Assembly: GCF_030028105.1 (NCBI RefSeq)
Contig: NC_092398.1
Coordinates: 15,436,600-15,500,599 of the forward strand
DNA from: Mobula birostris
Taxonomy: Eukaryota
Direction of reading: 5' to 3'
DNA: 64,000 nt
The notes under the pieces are model-generated. The model did no database searches. It saw nothing but the letters and a program-made list of their open reading frames with translations, and was not told the origin of the DNA. The translations under genes were made by a program, and so were the position numbers. Position 1 is the first letter of the stretch, and the number at the start of each line of letters is the position of its first letter. Below, one piece after another: positions 1 to 13,040 of this stretch.

Positions 1-279
1 CCCTTGAACCTACCCCTGTCACCTTCAATGCATGCCCTCTGACACTTCAACCCTGGGAAACAGATACTCTCTGTCCACTCTATCTATGCCTGTCATAATT
101 GTGTAAACCTCTATCAGATTTCACCTCAGCCTATAATCCTCCATAGAAAACCATCCATGCCATCTAAACCAGGCTGCATCCTGGTAAACCTCTCCTGAAC
201 CCTCTCCAAAGTCCCAACATCCTTCCTATAGTGGGGCATACTCTAGATGTGGCCTCGCCAGAGTTTCCTAAAGTTGGAA

Positions 280-830
280 CAGAAAAGGTCTCCTTTATTC
301 CCATTCTTTGCCTCCTGCTAGTCAGCCAATCTTCTATTTATACAAGTACTTTTCCAGTAATACCATAGACTTTTATCTTCTTAAGCAACATCATCTTCAG
401 CAACTTGTGCAAGGCTTTCTGAAAATCCAAATAACCAACATCTACTGACTTTCCTTTGTCTATTTTGCGTGTTATTTCCTCAACAACACGCAAAATAGGT
501 CTCAGGGTACTTGCAGACAAATGATAAAACAGGCCACAGAGTCAGTATGGTTTCCTCAAGGGAAAATCTTGCCTGAAAAATCTGTTGAAATCCTTTGAAG
601 AAATAACAAGAAGGATAGACAAAGGAGAATCGGTTGATGTTGGGCACTTGAATTTTCGGAAGACTTTAACGAGGTGCCACACCTGAAACTGCTCAACAAG
701 CTACGAGCCCAAGGTATTACAGGAAAGATTCTGGCATGGACAAAGCAGTGGCTGCTTGGCAGAAGACAAAGAGTTTGAATAAAGAGGGAGCTTTTTCTGT
801 ATGGCTGCCGGCGAATAGTGGTGTTCTGAA
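280..830. mobile_element. Decayed CR1 LINE ORF2 fragments in opposite orientations
   Basis: The minus-strand ORF 338..520 reads EEITRKIDKGKSVDVGYLDFQKA. The same RT-adjacent region recurs on + at about 590-780. Confidence 0.7.
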
Positions 831-1118
831 TATCAGCATTTAATTTTCAGAGAATTGAGCATGAAGCTGATGAGGATTTCGGTCAGTTATCCAGGGGGTT
901 GTGTGGTAATGTTACAGTTTGTGTTCCCTTGTGGCTAAACCGTTGAAAATTGGCGGTAGCGGATCAGGAAGCTGAGAGGCCGGTCTCTGACTCTGCCTCC
1001 GCCTCCACCCCTCCCCGTCTCTCTCTCTCTCTCTCCCCACATGGTCCATCGCTCTGTCTCCACCCCTCCCCCCGCTCTCTCCCTTACTGCGCGTTTCTCG
1101 GGCAGGTCGGGGCGCTGT

Positions 1119-1125
1119 GTATAAA
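1119..1125 (+). promoter_or_regulatory. TATA box of H4 copy 1
   Basis: GTATAAA lies about 65 bp upstream of the ATG. The same context (caggtcggggcgctg.gtataaa) precedes H4 copy 2 at about 46727-46749. Confidence 0.75.
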
Positions 1126-1177
1126 GGAGACAGCAGCAGTCGGTTCGACACTTAGCAGCGTCTGCAGTGAGCAGTGA

Positions 1178-1498
<321 letters not shown>

Positions 1499-1527
1499 GG
1501 AACTCCTGATTCTGAACACAACACAAA

Positions 1528-1543
1528 GGCTCTTTTAAGAGCC
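1528..1543 (+). terminator. Histone 3' stem-loop (H4 copy 1)
   Basis: GGCTCTTTTAAGAGCC is followed by ACCCA and an HDE-like AGAGAGAGCAG at about 1558-1568. Confidence 0.97.
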
Positions 1544-2352
1544 ACCCACCACCTCACAGAGAGAGCAGTGAGCCGGAGCAGAAATAGATGCCTTTGGAAT
1601 TATTTGTCGGTGAAACGAACCTTGTGTTTGTCCGTAGTCTATTTTAAGTGAGTCCCCTACACGGTACAGTTGAGGTGGAGATGATGGTTGATGGTGAAAA
1701 TTACCTAAGTGACTAGACCGGTACAGGCTATATGCGAGCGTTGGGAGTTAATCTAAATCATGGACGGGGCAAACATGGATCAAAGGTCTGTCCCCCCCGT
1801 ACTGTTCAAATTGGTGTTTAGCAGTCTCCCGCAGAAAACTACCTCAGCTCCGATAACGATTCAGTAAACTGGGCTTGTTTAGAAAATAAATACAGCAATT
1901 TTAAAAGTTAGGATAACTCCCTCAAAAACCACTCCCAGTGACAATGATATGTTCGGGTTATTCGAAATGGAAACTGCAGCCTATCATTTCGGACTGGCTG
2001 CAGTCCGACCAGCCAGTCACACACATCGGTACCTGGGCACAGATGATGCTAACCCACCCGTCGTGGTTGTTCTGGAAGGGGCGGCTGTTTGAATTCGACA
2101 GCAGATGTGAAGCCGATCGCACGGCTGGGGTGATAGACGCGGCCAGGGCTGACATTCGCTTCCAACAGTCGGCGGAGGGCCCATCTTCGACATTTCAGAC
2201 TGAGCACCCACTGTTAACCCTTTCGTTTTGCACCAGTAAGGAATAAGTCAAGACCCTGCCTGCCAGTTGGTATAACAATCTAATCCGGACAAGAGCCCTT
2301 TCCCCCGCGCTTGAGGTATCCGCAGAGCAGCCCTTTCACAGACACTGTGAGT

Positions 2353-2368
2353 GGCTCTGAAAAGAGCC
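2353..2368 (-). terminator. Histone 3' stem-loop (H2A pseudogene)
   Basis: Minus strand reads GGCTCTTTTCAGAGCC then ACTCA, with HDE-like GAAAGGGCTG downstream. Confidence 0.95.
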
Positions 2369-2398
2369 TTTGGGTCACTGGGTTCAGATTCTGTCTCT

Positions 2399-2776
<378 letters not shown>

Positions 2777-2799
2777 TCACAACCCCAGCAGAACTTTCA

Positions 2800-3240
2800 C
2801 GGAGAATGAGAAAATGCTTCCGGTCCTCGCCCTTCTTGTACCTTTTGGGGGAATGAAGAGAAACGTTTATGATTGGTGCAACTACGCTTAATTTCATTGG
2901 AAAGAACAAATAATCCAATGAGAGAGCAGTCTTATTCACCAATCAAGAAACAGTAGCAGAGGCGTGGAAAATAACCTTTTACTCCCCTAAAATGAACTGA
3001 AATTTGACACAGCCCGCCAAAATCTTTGTTTAAACCTCATCTGAAATGAAGTCTTTCCAGTTCTATTTATCTACTACGCATTCACCCATTACTGAAGTCA
3101 GCCACATTTAATATAAGTGTAGCTATTATTGTAACAGCGTCTGGCTATTTAATTCGCCGACTTCTTTCAACGGATGAACGTTCAGAATAAAAATCGATTC
3201 TCAGCTTCTGTTCGCGGTCATTGCATGAACGGCATCGGTT
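2800..3240 (-). promoter_or_regulatory. H2A promoter/upstream region (unit A)
   Basis: Several CCAAT/ATTGG boxes and a TTTTGGCGGG E2F-like site. Homologous to 48090-48520. Confidence 0.7.
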
Positions 3241-3509
3241 TATGAATGAGTTGCTCTTTTCAAACTGCGACTTGACTTTAGTCTACAGTTTTCCTAATGT
3301 AAAGAGAGACGGAAGTTAAAGCTAAGGAGAGGGCATATACTAGAGCAAAAAAAGCGGGAAGTTACAAGATTGGAAAGTTTTAAAGAACAACAGAAGGGAA
3401 CCGAATTCATAGAGGTGGAATCCTAAAATGGGATTGCCAAAAATCCTGAAGAGGATACCAAAGGTTTCTTCAGGTATATAAAGAGTAAAAGAGAAGCTGA
3501 CGGTGACTA

Positions 3510-4870
3510 GTGGTGTTTCTTGGGGATCTATGTTTGGACTGCTTCCCTTTATGTTATATGTCAATGATTTGAATGATGGAATTGATCGCTTTGTGCCAAA
3601 TTTGTGGATGATACAAAGGTAGGTGGAGGGGCGAGTAGTGTTGCAGAAGCAGAGAGTCTGCCGAAGGATTTAGACAGATTAGGAGAATGGGCAAGGAAGT
3701 GGCAGATGGAGTACAGCGTTAGGAAGTCTTTGGTTGTGAACTTTGGTAGAAGAAGTAAAAGCATAACCTATTTCTAAATGGGAGAAAATTCAAAAACCGG
3801 AGATGCAGAGGGACTTGGGAGTCATCGTGCAGGATTCCCTAACGATTAATTTGCAGCTTGAGTCGGTGGCGAGGAAGACTTTATAAGGCGTCGGTAAGGC
3901 TTCACTTGGAGTGCAGTGAGCAGTTGTGGGACCATTATCAAAGAAAAGATGTGCTGATATCGTAGAAGTTGCAAAGGAGATTCAAAAAATAATAATAATT
4001 CTGGGATAGAAAGGCTTCCAGTATGAAGAGCATTTGAAGTCTCTGAGCCTCAACTTACTGGAATTCAGAAGAATGAGTAAACCTCATTGAAAATATCAAA
4101 TGTTAAAAGGCCTTGATAGAGTGAATATGAGGAGCAAGTTTCCTATGGTGGGGGAGCATAAGACTAGCTGAAGCCCGTTTGAGTATCTGAAGGGACCGCT
4201 GCTCGGATTCTGGTTGTACTTCATCCCTGTAATCCTCATACATGGGCACCCAGTGAGGAGGATCTACAGGTGGGCTTGCTCCTGGGCCTGGCCAAGATAG
4301 CCATGATGGCCATTTACAGGTCCAGGCAGCAGAAAATCAAAGGCTCTGCAAGGGCCGACTGCCTGCCCCTGTTATGATGATACATTAGTGCCCAGCTATC
4401 ATTGGAGAGGGAGCATGCGGTCACAATGGCTCCAGTGGGGGATTTCCCACAGCGATGGGTCCCCTGGAGTTGACTGTTTGATAGGCGATAATAATCATAT
4501 TTTAATTTGAATTTATTCACCGTCTTGTAAATGCTGAATGTTTGTACTTTGTGTATTTTTTGTGCCAATAAACTTTTTATAGATTTGTAGAAAAAAATAT
4601 TAGCGGGACATCCACTTAGAAGGTAGATGAGGAGGAATTCCGCTAGTCAGACAGTGGTGAATCTGTGGAATTCCTTGCCACAGGCGGCTGTGGAGGCCGT
4701 GATTGAGTATACCAAGGCAGAGGTTGAAAGATTCATTATTAGTCAGGGCCTAAAGGTTTACAAGGAGAAAGCAGGAGACTGGTGCTGAGAGAGAAATGGA
4801 TCAGCCATGAAGAAACAGCAGAGTACACTCAATGGGCCAAATGACCTAATTCTGCTCCTATAGTATACCT
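3510..4870 (+). mobile_element. Decayed CR1 LINE 3' portion, interrupted at about 4168-4598 by another retro-fragment
   Basis: RT motif remnants (YVNDL, DDTK) and a CR1-type 3' region. The interrupting piece ends in AATAAA and an A-rich tail. Confidence 0.7.
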
Positions 4871-5439
4871 GATGGTCTTTTGGCATTTAAACCGGTATGG
4901 CCAAGGAATCAGAACAGACAACAACACAGTTAGGCTGTACATCCACTATCCACTGCAAGGATTGTCACCATTTCATTAGTATTGTGAGGTTCTGGGTGGG
5001 GGTGTGGTTGACAGCCTGCCTGTTCATTTCTAATGACCAGCACTGTTTATTGTTCTTGTGTAAAAATGCTTTTGTGGGATTATGGTGGGAAGTTTCAGTT
5101 CGTTTATTGTTACATTTTAGCTTGCGTCATACAGTTATTTGCTTGTGTTTTTGCGGGTCACCCTAACTGTAACCAGGGTGTGTGATGGTCACCTCCCCCG
5201 TCGGTGTGAGACTGGTTGGATTCACTCTCTGGGTCATGGTGCCCAGTCTGTTTGTGTCTATCACAATAAGATCGTTGTTGAGTTAAAGGGCTTCCTCGTC
5301 TGTCATTATACTGTGGTGAGCATTTGGTCTATAAACTAAAAGTTCATTAGACTGACACCTGAAATTCTGGGACATAGACTGCTGCACTGGCGTCGTGAGA
5401 CTCTGGGCCTTTAGAACCATCTGTAAACAATTGGGATCA

Positions 5440-7452
5440 GACGTTTCAGGGAAATATACGGAAGAAATGTGGCAAATATTCAGGGGATATTTGAGTGGAG
5501 TTCTGTGTAGGTACTTTCCAATGAGACAGGGAAAGTATGGTAGGGAACAGGAACTGTGGTGTACAAAGGCTATTGTAAATCTAGTCAAGTAGAAAAGAAT
5601 AGCTTACAAAAGGTTCAAAATACTAGGTAATGATAGAGATCTAGAAGATCATAAGGCTAGCGGGAAGGAGCTTAAGAAAGAAATTAGGAGAGCCGGAAGG
5701 GCCATGAGAAGGCCTTGGTGGACAGGATTAAGGAAAACCCCAAGGCATTCTACAAGTATGTGCAGAGCAAAAGGATAAGACGTGAGAGAATAGTGTGACA
5801 TTGGAAAAGTGTATATGGAACCAGAGGAGATAGCAGAGGTACTTAATGAGCACTTTGCTTCAGTATTCGCTACAGAAAAGGATGTTGGCGACTGTAGGGA
5901 TGACTTACAGCAGACTAAAAAGCTTGACCATGCAGATATTAAGAATGAGAATGTTCTGGAGCTTTTGGAAAGCATCAAGTTGGATAAGTCACCGGGACCG
6001 GATGAGATATACCCTAGGCTACTCTGGGAGGTGAGGGAAGAGATTGCTGAGACTCTGGCGATAATCTTTTCATCATGAATGAGGACGGAGGAGGTTCCGG
6101 AGGATTGGAGGATTGCAGATGTTGGATGCAAGGGAGCGGAGATAGCACAGGAAATTATAGACCAGTGAATTTTACTTCAGTGGTTGGTAAGTTGATGGAG
6201 AAGATCCAGAGAGGCAAGATTTATGAACATTTGGAGAGGCATAATATGATTAGGAATAGTCAACATGATTTTATGAAAGGCAGGTCGTGCCTTATGAGTC
6301 TGACTGAATTTTTTGAGGATGTGACTAAACACATTGATGAAGGTAGAGCAGTGGATGTAGTGGATATAGATTTCAGCAAGGCATTTGATAAGGTACCCCA
6401 TGCAAGGCTTATTGAGAAAGTAAGGAGGCATGGGATCCAAGGGGACATTGCTTTGTGGATCCAAAACTGGCTTGCCCACAGAAGGCTAAGAGCGGTTGTA
6501 GATGGGTCATATTCTGCATGGAGGTCGGTAACCCATGGTGTGCTTCAGGGATCTGTTCTGGGACCCTACTCTTTGTGATTTTTATAAATGACCTGGATGA
6601 GGAAGTGGAGGGATGGGTTAGTAAGTTTGCTGATGACACAAAAGTTGGGGGTGTTGTGGATAGTGTGGGGGGCTGCCAGAGGTTACAGCGGGACATTGAT
6701 AGTATGCAAATCTGGGCTGAGAAGTGGCAGATAGAGTTCATCTCAGATAAGTGAGGTGGTTCATTTTGGTATGTCAAATATGATGGCATAATGTAGTATT
6801 AATGATAAGACTCTTGGCAGTGTGGAGGATCAGAAGGACCTTGGGGACTGAGTCCATAGGACACTCAAAGCTGCTGCGCAGGTTGCCTCTGTGGTTAAGA
6901 AAGCATACGGTGCATTGGCCAGTACTGTGCTCAGTTCTGGTCACCTCACTACAGGAAGGATGTGGAAACTATAGAAAAGGTGCAGACATTTACAAGGATG
7001 TTGCCTGGATTGGGGAGCATGCCTTACGAGAATAGGTTGAGTGTACTCGGCCTATTTTCCTTGAAGCGACAGAGGATGAGAGGTGACCTGATACAGGTGT
7101 ATAAGATGATGAGAGGCAATGATTGTGTGGATAGTCAGAGTCTTTTTCCTAGGGCTGAAATGGCTAGCACGACAGGGCACAGTTTTAAGGTGCTTGAAAG
7201 TAGGTACAGAGGAGATTTCAGGGGTAAGTTTTTTTTATGCAGAGAGTGGTGAGTGGATGGAATGGGCTGCCGGCGACGGTGGTGGAGGCGGATACAATAG
7301 GGTCTTTTAAGAGACTCCTGGACCTGTACATGGAGTTCAGAAAAAATAGAGGGCTAAGGGTAACACTGGGTAATTTCTAAAGTAAGTACATGTTTGGCAT
7401 ATCATTGTGGGCCGAAGGGCCTGTATTGTGCTGTAGGTTTTCTATGTTTCTA
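5440..7452 (+). mobile_element. 5'-truncated, frameshifted CR1 LINE ORF2
   Basis: ORF pieces KSPGPDEIYPR, NYRPV, DFSKAFDKVPH, QGSVLGP, KFADDTK; the 3' tail is ttttctatgtttcta. Confidence 0.9.
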
Positions 7453-8740
7453 ATGGAACCATTCCATCATATTGAGGATGCATATAGAGTCACCACTACC
7501 TCCGCAGTTACACACCATTGCGACACTCCTCTCCCAAAGAGTTAAATGTACCCCAGGTAAAGGAAATAGCCAGGGAGGAATAATGGATAAAGCCACACTA
7601 GGGCATAGGTCATATTAGACAGAGCCATGTTCTCTGCCTGGTCATTTGCTTCCCACCCAACAATGCAAATCTTGCAATCTTGATGATCCGAAAGATCTTT
7701 CAATGTATTGACTTGGAGGATCATCCTCATGACCACTGTGGTGTAACAAGTAATTCACAGCCATCTGCAAACTTCGCTAATACAATGGCATCAGCATTTC
7801 TAGCCGCAGAGCAGAGACAGAAGACCTAACAGCATCACAGATGTAAAACCTGAGCTTGGATAACATCCAGCCATTTCAAAAGGGAGGGGGCAGCAGACCC
7901 ACAGGACCAACGGCATAATCGAAGACGGTTCTAATTAATGCATAATACAAAGTAATTATAAATACCCTATTAGCCCCCAAGGGTCTGAAAGGTCAAATTT
8001 CCATTTTCCTTTGGTGAGCTCAATAAGCCAATCAAGGAATCGCCAAAGAACAGAGAGCAGCAAGAACGGCGCCGAAAGTAACTGTCAGTTCCCCGGAAGC
8101 CCTGAAATTTGAAAAGCCTGCCGTAGAAGTTATGTATTGATCGGTAGTCTGCAAAAACATGCACTGATTTATTAATTCGAGCAAGATTTATTTTATGGTA
8201 AGAGCCCAGCTCACCAGTTTGAATGTTTCTGGTCATTTAGCTCCCAAAAGGCGATCCAGTTTATATTCGTGTTGGGTCTGTGTATAAACGGCATCGGGTT
8301 TCTCTTGTCAGACTTGATATCTCATATTAAACTGCCGTCCAAGGCCAGTTTGCAATGCGAGAAGTAATTGTTTTGCGCGAGAATCGGAATTCCAGTATAT
8401 GCAGACTACTGTGTCCCCGCGAAACTCGACTAGAAACGGGATTGGTTACTAAATGTTAGATTGCATTTAATAAAGCCCATTCTCTAGCAACCGCAAATCC
8501 CTGGAAACCCTGCCTAAAACCGTACTCGGCAGGGTTGTGAGATAGGGACATGCCGACGGCGAGGGAAAGGTTATATCCCTAGTGTTGGCACAGAACTGTT
8601 GATTTTTCAGTTTCATGAAGGCCGAACGGCTGGGAATAAGAAACAGGGACGCCTTATTGATTAGGACACACAAAAAGTCAGAGGGTAACACGAAAGGTTA
8701 GTACACAAGAAATGACAGCCCTTTCCACTGTCAGATTGGT

Positions 8741-8756
8741 GGCCCTTAAAAGAGCC
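8741..8756 (-). terminator. Histone 3' stem-loop (H3 copy 1)
   Basis: Minus strand reads GGCTCTTTTAAGGGCC then ACCAA, with HDE-like GAAAGGGCTG downstream. Confidence 0.93.
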
Positions 8757-8785
8757 TTTTGTTATGCTTAGTGCCGAGGCCGGAT

Positions 8786-9202
<417 letters not shown>

Positions 9203-9602
9203 TCAGCACTCCAACAGTAGCTTCAAATACCAGGATAAGACTGTCGGAGGAGAAGCAGGAACCGGCTTTTTAAAGAAAAGATGAAGGGCCGCCCCACTCT
9301 CTTTGATTGGTTGCAAAGGAGATGTCCATTGTAGCATCTCGGCGTTGCGATTGGCTGCTTTTCCATCACCAGTTTGAAGCTGGCCGGTGGTGGGGGTGGG
9401 GGAGATGGTGGGGAATGTTACCCATGACCAAATATGGAAATTGGCGACAGAATTCAGCCAATCCGAGTGCAATGGTTGGATGCCGGCTCAATTTCAAATC
9501 GCCCGCCAATTCCAAGGGCAAGCGGGTTTCTTACAATAAATAGAATCATAAATTAACAAATTTCACCTTCAATTAAATCACCGATTTTCTTTCCTCAATT
9601 AG

Positions 9603-9642
9603 CTGAATGTGAATGTTTGTGAATGTGAATGTGAATGTGAAT
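9603..9642 (+). repeat. (GAATGT)n microsatellite
   Basis: About six imperfect hexamer copies. Confidence 0.8.
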
Positions 9643-10018
9643 AGCGTATCGAGGTGAGTGAATTCAGTCTTGCCGGAAACGGGGCGGACAGGCAGAGGAT
9701 TTAGATCGATTTTACCTTACCACATTTTCTAAAATGGTTTGGGGGAGAAAACAGCAACAAAAGGATTTCAAACGGACCACAGGAACCAACGCCGAACTGA
9801 AATGCTGCTCAATATATCTACAAAACATTCATTACAAGGAAATAATTGAATTCTTTATCTCTTCCCACTCCAAATCGCTGTACAAATGTAAACAGACTGC
9901 CGCCATCTCATTTTATACACACCGCGCTGAGTATTAGAGCAGAGAGACCTCTATTTTCCAGCTCCCTCCCGACGTTACTACAACCGTAAATTTTCTAGCT
10001 CTTTCCTGGGAGATGAGT

Positions 10019-10376
10019 GGCTCTTGGAAGAGTCGTTGTTTTCAGGTGTTTAAAGTTGCGGTTTTTATTTACTTTTTGGCCGCCGCTTTCTTGACTTTCA
10101 CAGATTTCGCCTTTGGCTTGGATTTTGCTGACCTTTTGGGCGCCTTCGGGGCTACGATTTTCTTGGGGCTTTTGGGCTCCTGCGAATACTTCTTCCTCAC
10201 TGATTTCTTAGCAGCCGCCCTTTTAGCCGTCGGTTTCTTAACACTTTGTTTCTGGGCGGGAGATTTCTTAGCTGCTTTCTTGGCCGAAGTTTCCTTGGTC
10301 GCTGACTTCCTGGTCTGAGATGTCTTGGCCGCTGCTTTCTTCACTTCTTTTTCCCGCGATTTTCGCGCTACTGTCC
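10019..10376 (-). pseudogene. H1: 5'-deleted histone H1 pseudogene with degenerate stem-loop (unit A)
   Basis: Only the K/A/P-rich C-tail remains (10069-10376). Homology to the intact H1 genes stops abruptly at ctgtcc (10376). The stem-loop is degraded to GACTCTTCCAAGAGCC (10019-10034). Confidence 0.9.
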
Positions 10377-10911
10377 AGTATCAAAAGGGAGATTAGTCGG
10401 GGTGGATGAATGAATAAGGAAATCATGGGGGGTCGGGGGGAAGGGAGTGGGAGAATGTAAAGTTTTGTTTGATGGTAGGATCTCTTTGGATATGGTGGAA
10501 GTTGCACAGAATGATGCAGTTTAAAGTAGTTTAAAACAATTTATTTGCAGTTTCCAAATTAGAAACCATTTCTGAAACACAAATCCTTTCTAAAACATAA
10601 AGAATAAAGCATCAAGGATTTCCAAAACACAGGTATAATTTCTATAAACTAAAAAGACATATCAATAAGTTGCAGAAAAATGAATAATCTGTTGCAGAAA
10701 TCAAAGCTGGAGGAATAGATTCTTGTTCACCCTGTATTTCTTCCATGATTCCTGATGTTCCTCACCCCATTCCTAATCGGCCTGAACTACTCTCTGCATT
10801 TATACCCTTTTCTCCTCTCACTTGGTTGACTTCACATGTATATATTTCCCCAGATATCCTTTCAACAAAAATACTCAAATATTTTGGGGACATAGACCTC
10901 AGCTTCATAAA

Positions 10912-12487
10912 ACCATATAAACAATATAACAATTACAGCACAGAAACAGGCCACCTTGGCCCTTCTAGTCCGTACCGAACGCTTACTCTCACCTAGTCCC
11001 ACCGACCTGCACTCAGCCCATAACCCTCCATTCCCTTTCCTGTACATATAGCTGTCCAATTTAACTTTAAATGACAACATCGAACCTGCCTCAACCACTT
11101 CTGCTGGAAGCTCGTTCCACACAGCTACCACTCTCTGAGTAAAGATGTTCCCCCTCATGTTACCCCTAAACTTTTGCCTTTAACTCTCAACTCATGTCCT
11201 CTTGTTTCAATCTCCCCTACTCTCAATGGAAAAAGCCTATCCATGTCAACTCTATCTATCCCCCTCATAATTTTAAATACCTCTATCAAGGCCCCCCTCA
11301 ACCTTCTACGCTCCAAAGAATAAAGACCCAACTTGTTCAACCTTTCTCTGTAACTTAGGTGATGAAACCCAGGTAACATTCTCGTAAATCTTCTCTGTAT
11401 TCTCTCTATTTTGTTGACATCTTTCCTATAATTTGGTGACCAGAACTGTACACAATACTCCAAATTTGGCCTCACCAATGCCTTGTACAATTTCAACATT
11501 ACATCTCAACTCCTATACTCAATGCTCTGATTTATGAAGGCCAGCATACCAAAAGCTTTCTTCACCACCCTATCCACATGAGATTCCACCTTCAGGGAAC
11601 TATGCACCATTATTCCTAGATCCCTCTGTTCTACTGCATTCTTCAATGCCCTACCATTTACCATGTATGTCCTGTTTTGATTAGTCCTACCAAAATGTAG
11701 CACCTCACATTTATCAGCATTAAACTCCATCTGCCATCTTTCAGCCCATTCTTCTAACTGGCCTAAATCTCTCTGCAAGCTTTGAAAACCTACTTCACTA
11801 TCAACAATGCCACCTATCTTAGTATCATCTGCATACTTACTAATCCAATTTATCACCCCATCATCCAGATCATTAATGTATATGACAAACAACATTGGAC
11901 TCAGTACAGATCCCTGAGGCACACCACTAGTCACCGGCCTCCAATCTGACAAACAGTTATCCACCACTACTCTCTGGCATCTCCCATCTAGCTACTGCTG
12001 AATCCATTTTACTACTTCAATATTAATACCTAATGATTGAAGCTCCCTAACTAACCTTCTATGTGGAACCTTGTCAAAGGCCTTACTGAAGTCCATATAG
12101 ACAACATCCACTGCTTTACCCTCGGCAACTTTCTTAGTAACCTCTTCAAAAAATTCAGTAAGATTTGTCAAACATGACTTTCCACGCACAAATCCATGTG
12201 GACTGTTCCTAATCAGACCCAGTCTATCCAGATAATTATATATACCACCTCTAAGAATACTTTCCATCAACTTACCCACCACGATCATCAAACTCACAGG
12301 CCGATAATTGCTAGGTTTACTCTTAGAACCCTTTTTAAACAGTGGAACAACATGAGCAATACACCAATCCTCCGGCACCATCCCCGTTTCTAATGGTATT
12401 TAAAGTATTTCCGTCAGTGCCCCTGCTATTTCCACACTAACTTCCCTCAAGGTCCTAGGGAATATCCTGTCAGGACCCGGAGACTTA
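10912..12487 (-). mobile_element. Relatively young 5'-truncated CR1 LINE
   Basis: Consecutive ORFs 12381-11992, 11967-11506, 11499-11155 and 11158-10862 carry NYRPVSL, DFSKAFDKVPH, VPQGSVL, YADDTK and RPNLEYCVQFWSP. They are broken by two Trp-to-stop codons and one frameshift. Confidence 0.93.
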
Positions 12488-12824
12488 ATGTTCACAGAAT
12501 TAATGTTGTAAAGCTAACATAAAACTCCCAACTATACATATATCAATATGCTAAATAATATTATCCATCAATTTTGCAAGTTCTTTGAACTAAGAAATTT
12601 AAGAGTCAGCTTGTCTATCGCAATAATAAAACAGATGTAGTGATATTGCGTCTGCTTTTCAGGGACAGAGGGTCTGTGCTTTATACAGATCTTATTTGCA
12701 AAGCTGGTCTACAAAATGTTTTTGAAACTTCAAGCTGATTACTGCTTTCTATTGCTATCTTAAGAACTGAAGACAGACTTCCATTTACAACCAAAAACTA
12801 AACAAAGCAAAATAGCTGAAACGT

Positions 12825-13040
12825 AAACACGAGGAAATCTGCAGATGCTGGAATTTTAAGCAACACACTTAAAAGTTGCTGGTGAACGCAGCAGGCCAGG
12901 CAGCATCTCTAGGAAGAGGTACAGTCGACGTTTCGGGCCAAGACCTTTCGAAGGGTCTCGGACCGAAACGTCGACTGTACCTCTTCCTAGAGATGCTGCC
13001 TGGCCTGCTGAGTTCACCAGCAACTTTTAAGTGTGTTGCT
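12825..13040. mobile_element. Penelope-type terminal repeat forming a 182-bp palindrome (12859-13040)
   Basis: Near-perfect inverted repeat centred on TTCGAA (12947-12952). Same family as 36783-36986 and 53818-53950. Confidence 0.75.

Noticed and set aside
280-830. Inverted pair of CR1 fragments as a functional hairpin
   Set aside because: The arms are substantially diverged and both are common repeats, so independent insertion or an old rearrangement explains them.
11500-12000. Two TGG-to-stop changes in the CR1 as evidence of deaminase editing
   Set aside because: Two events are too few, and Trp codons commonly mutate to stops by ordinary transitions.
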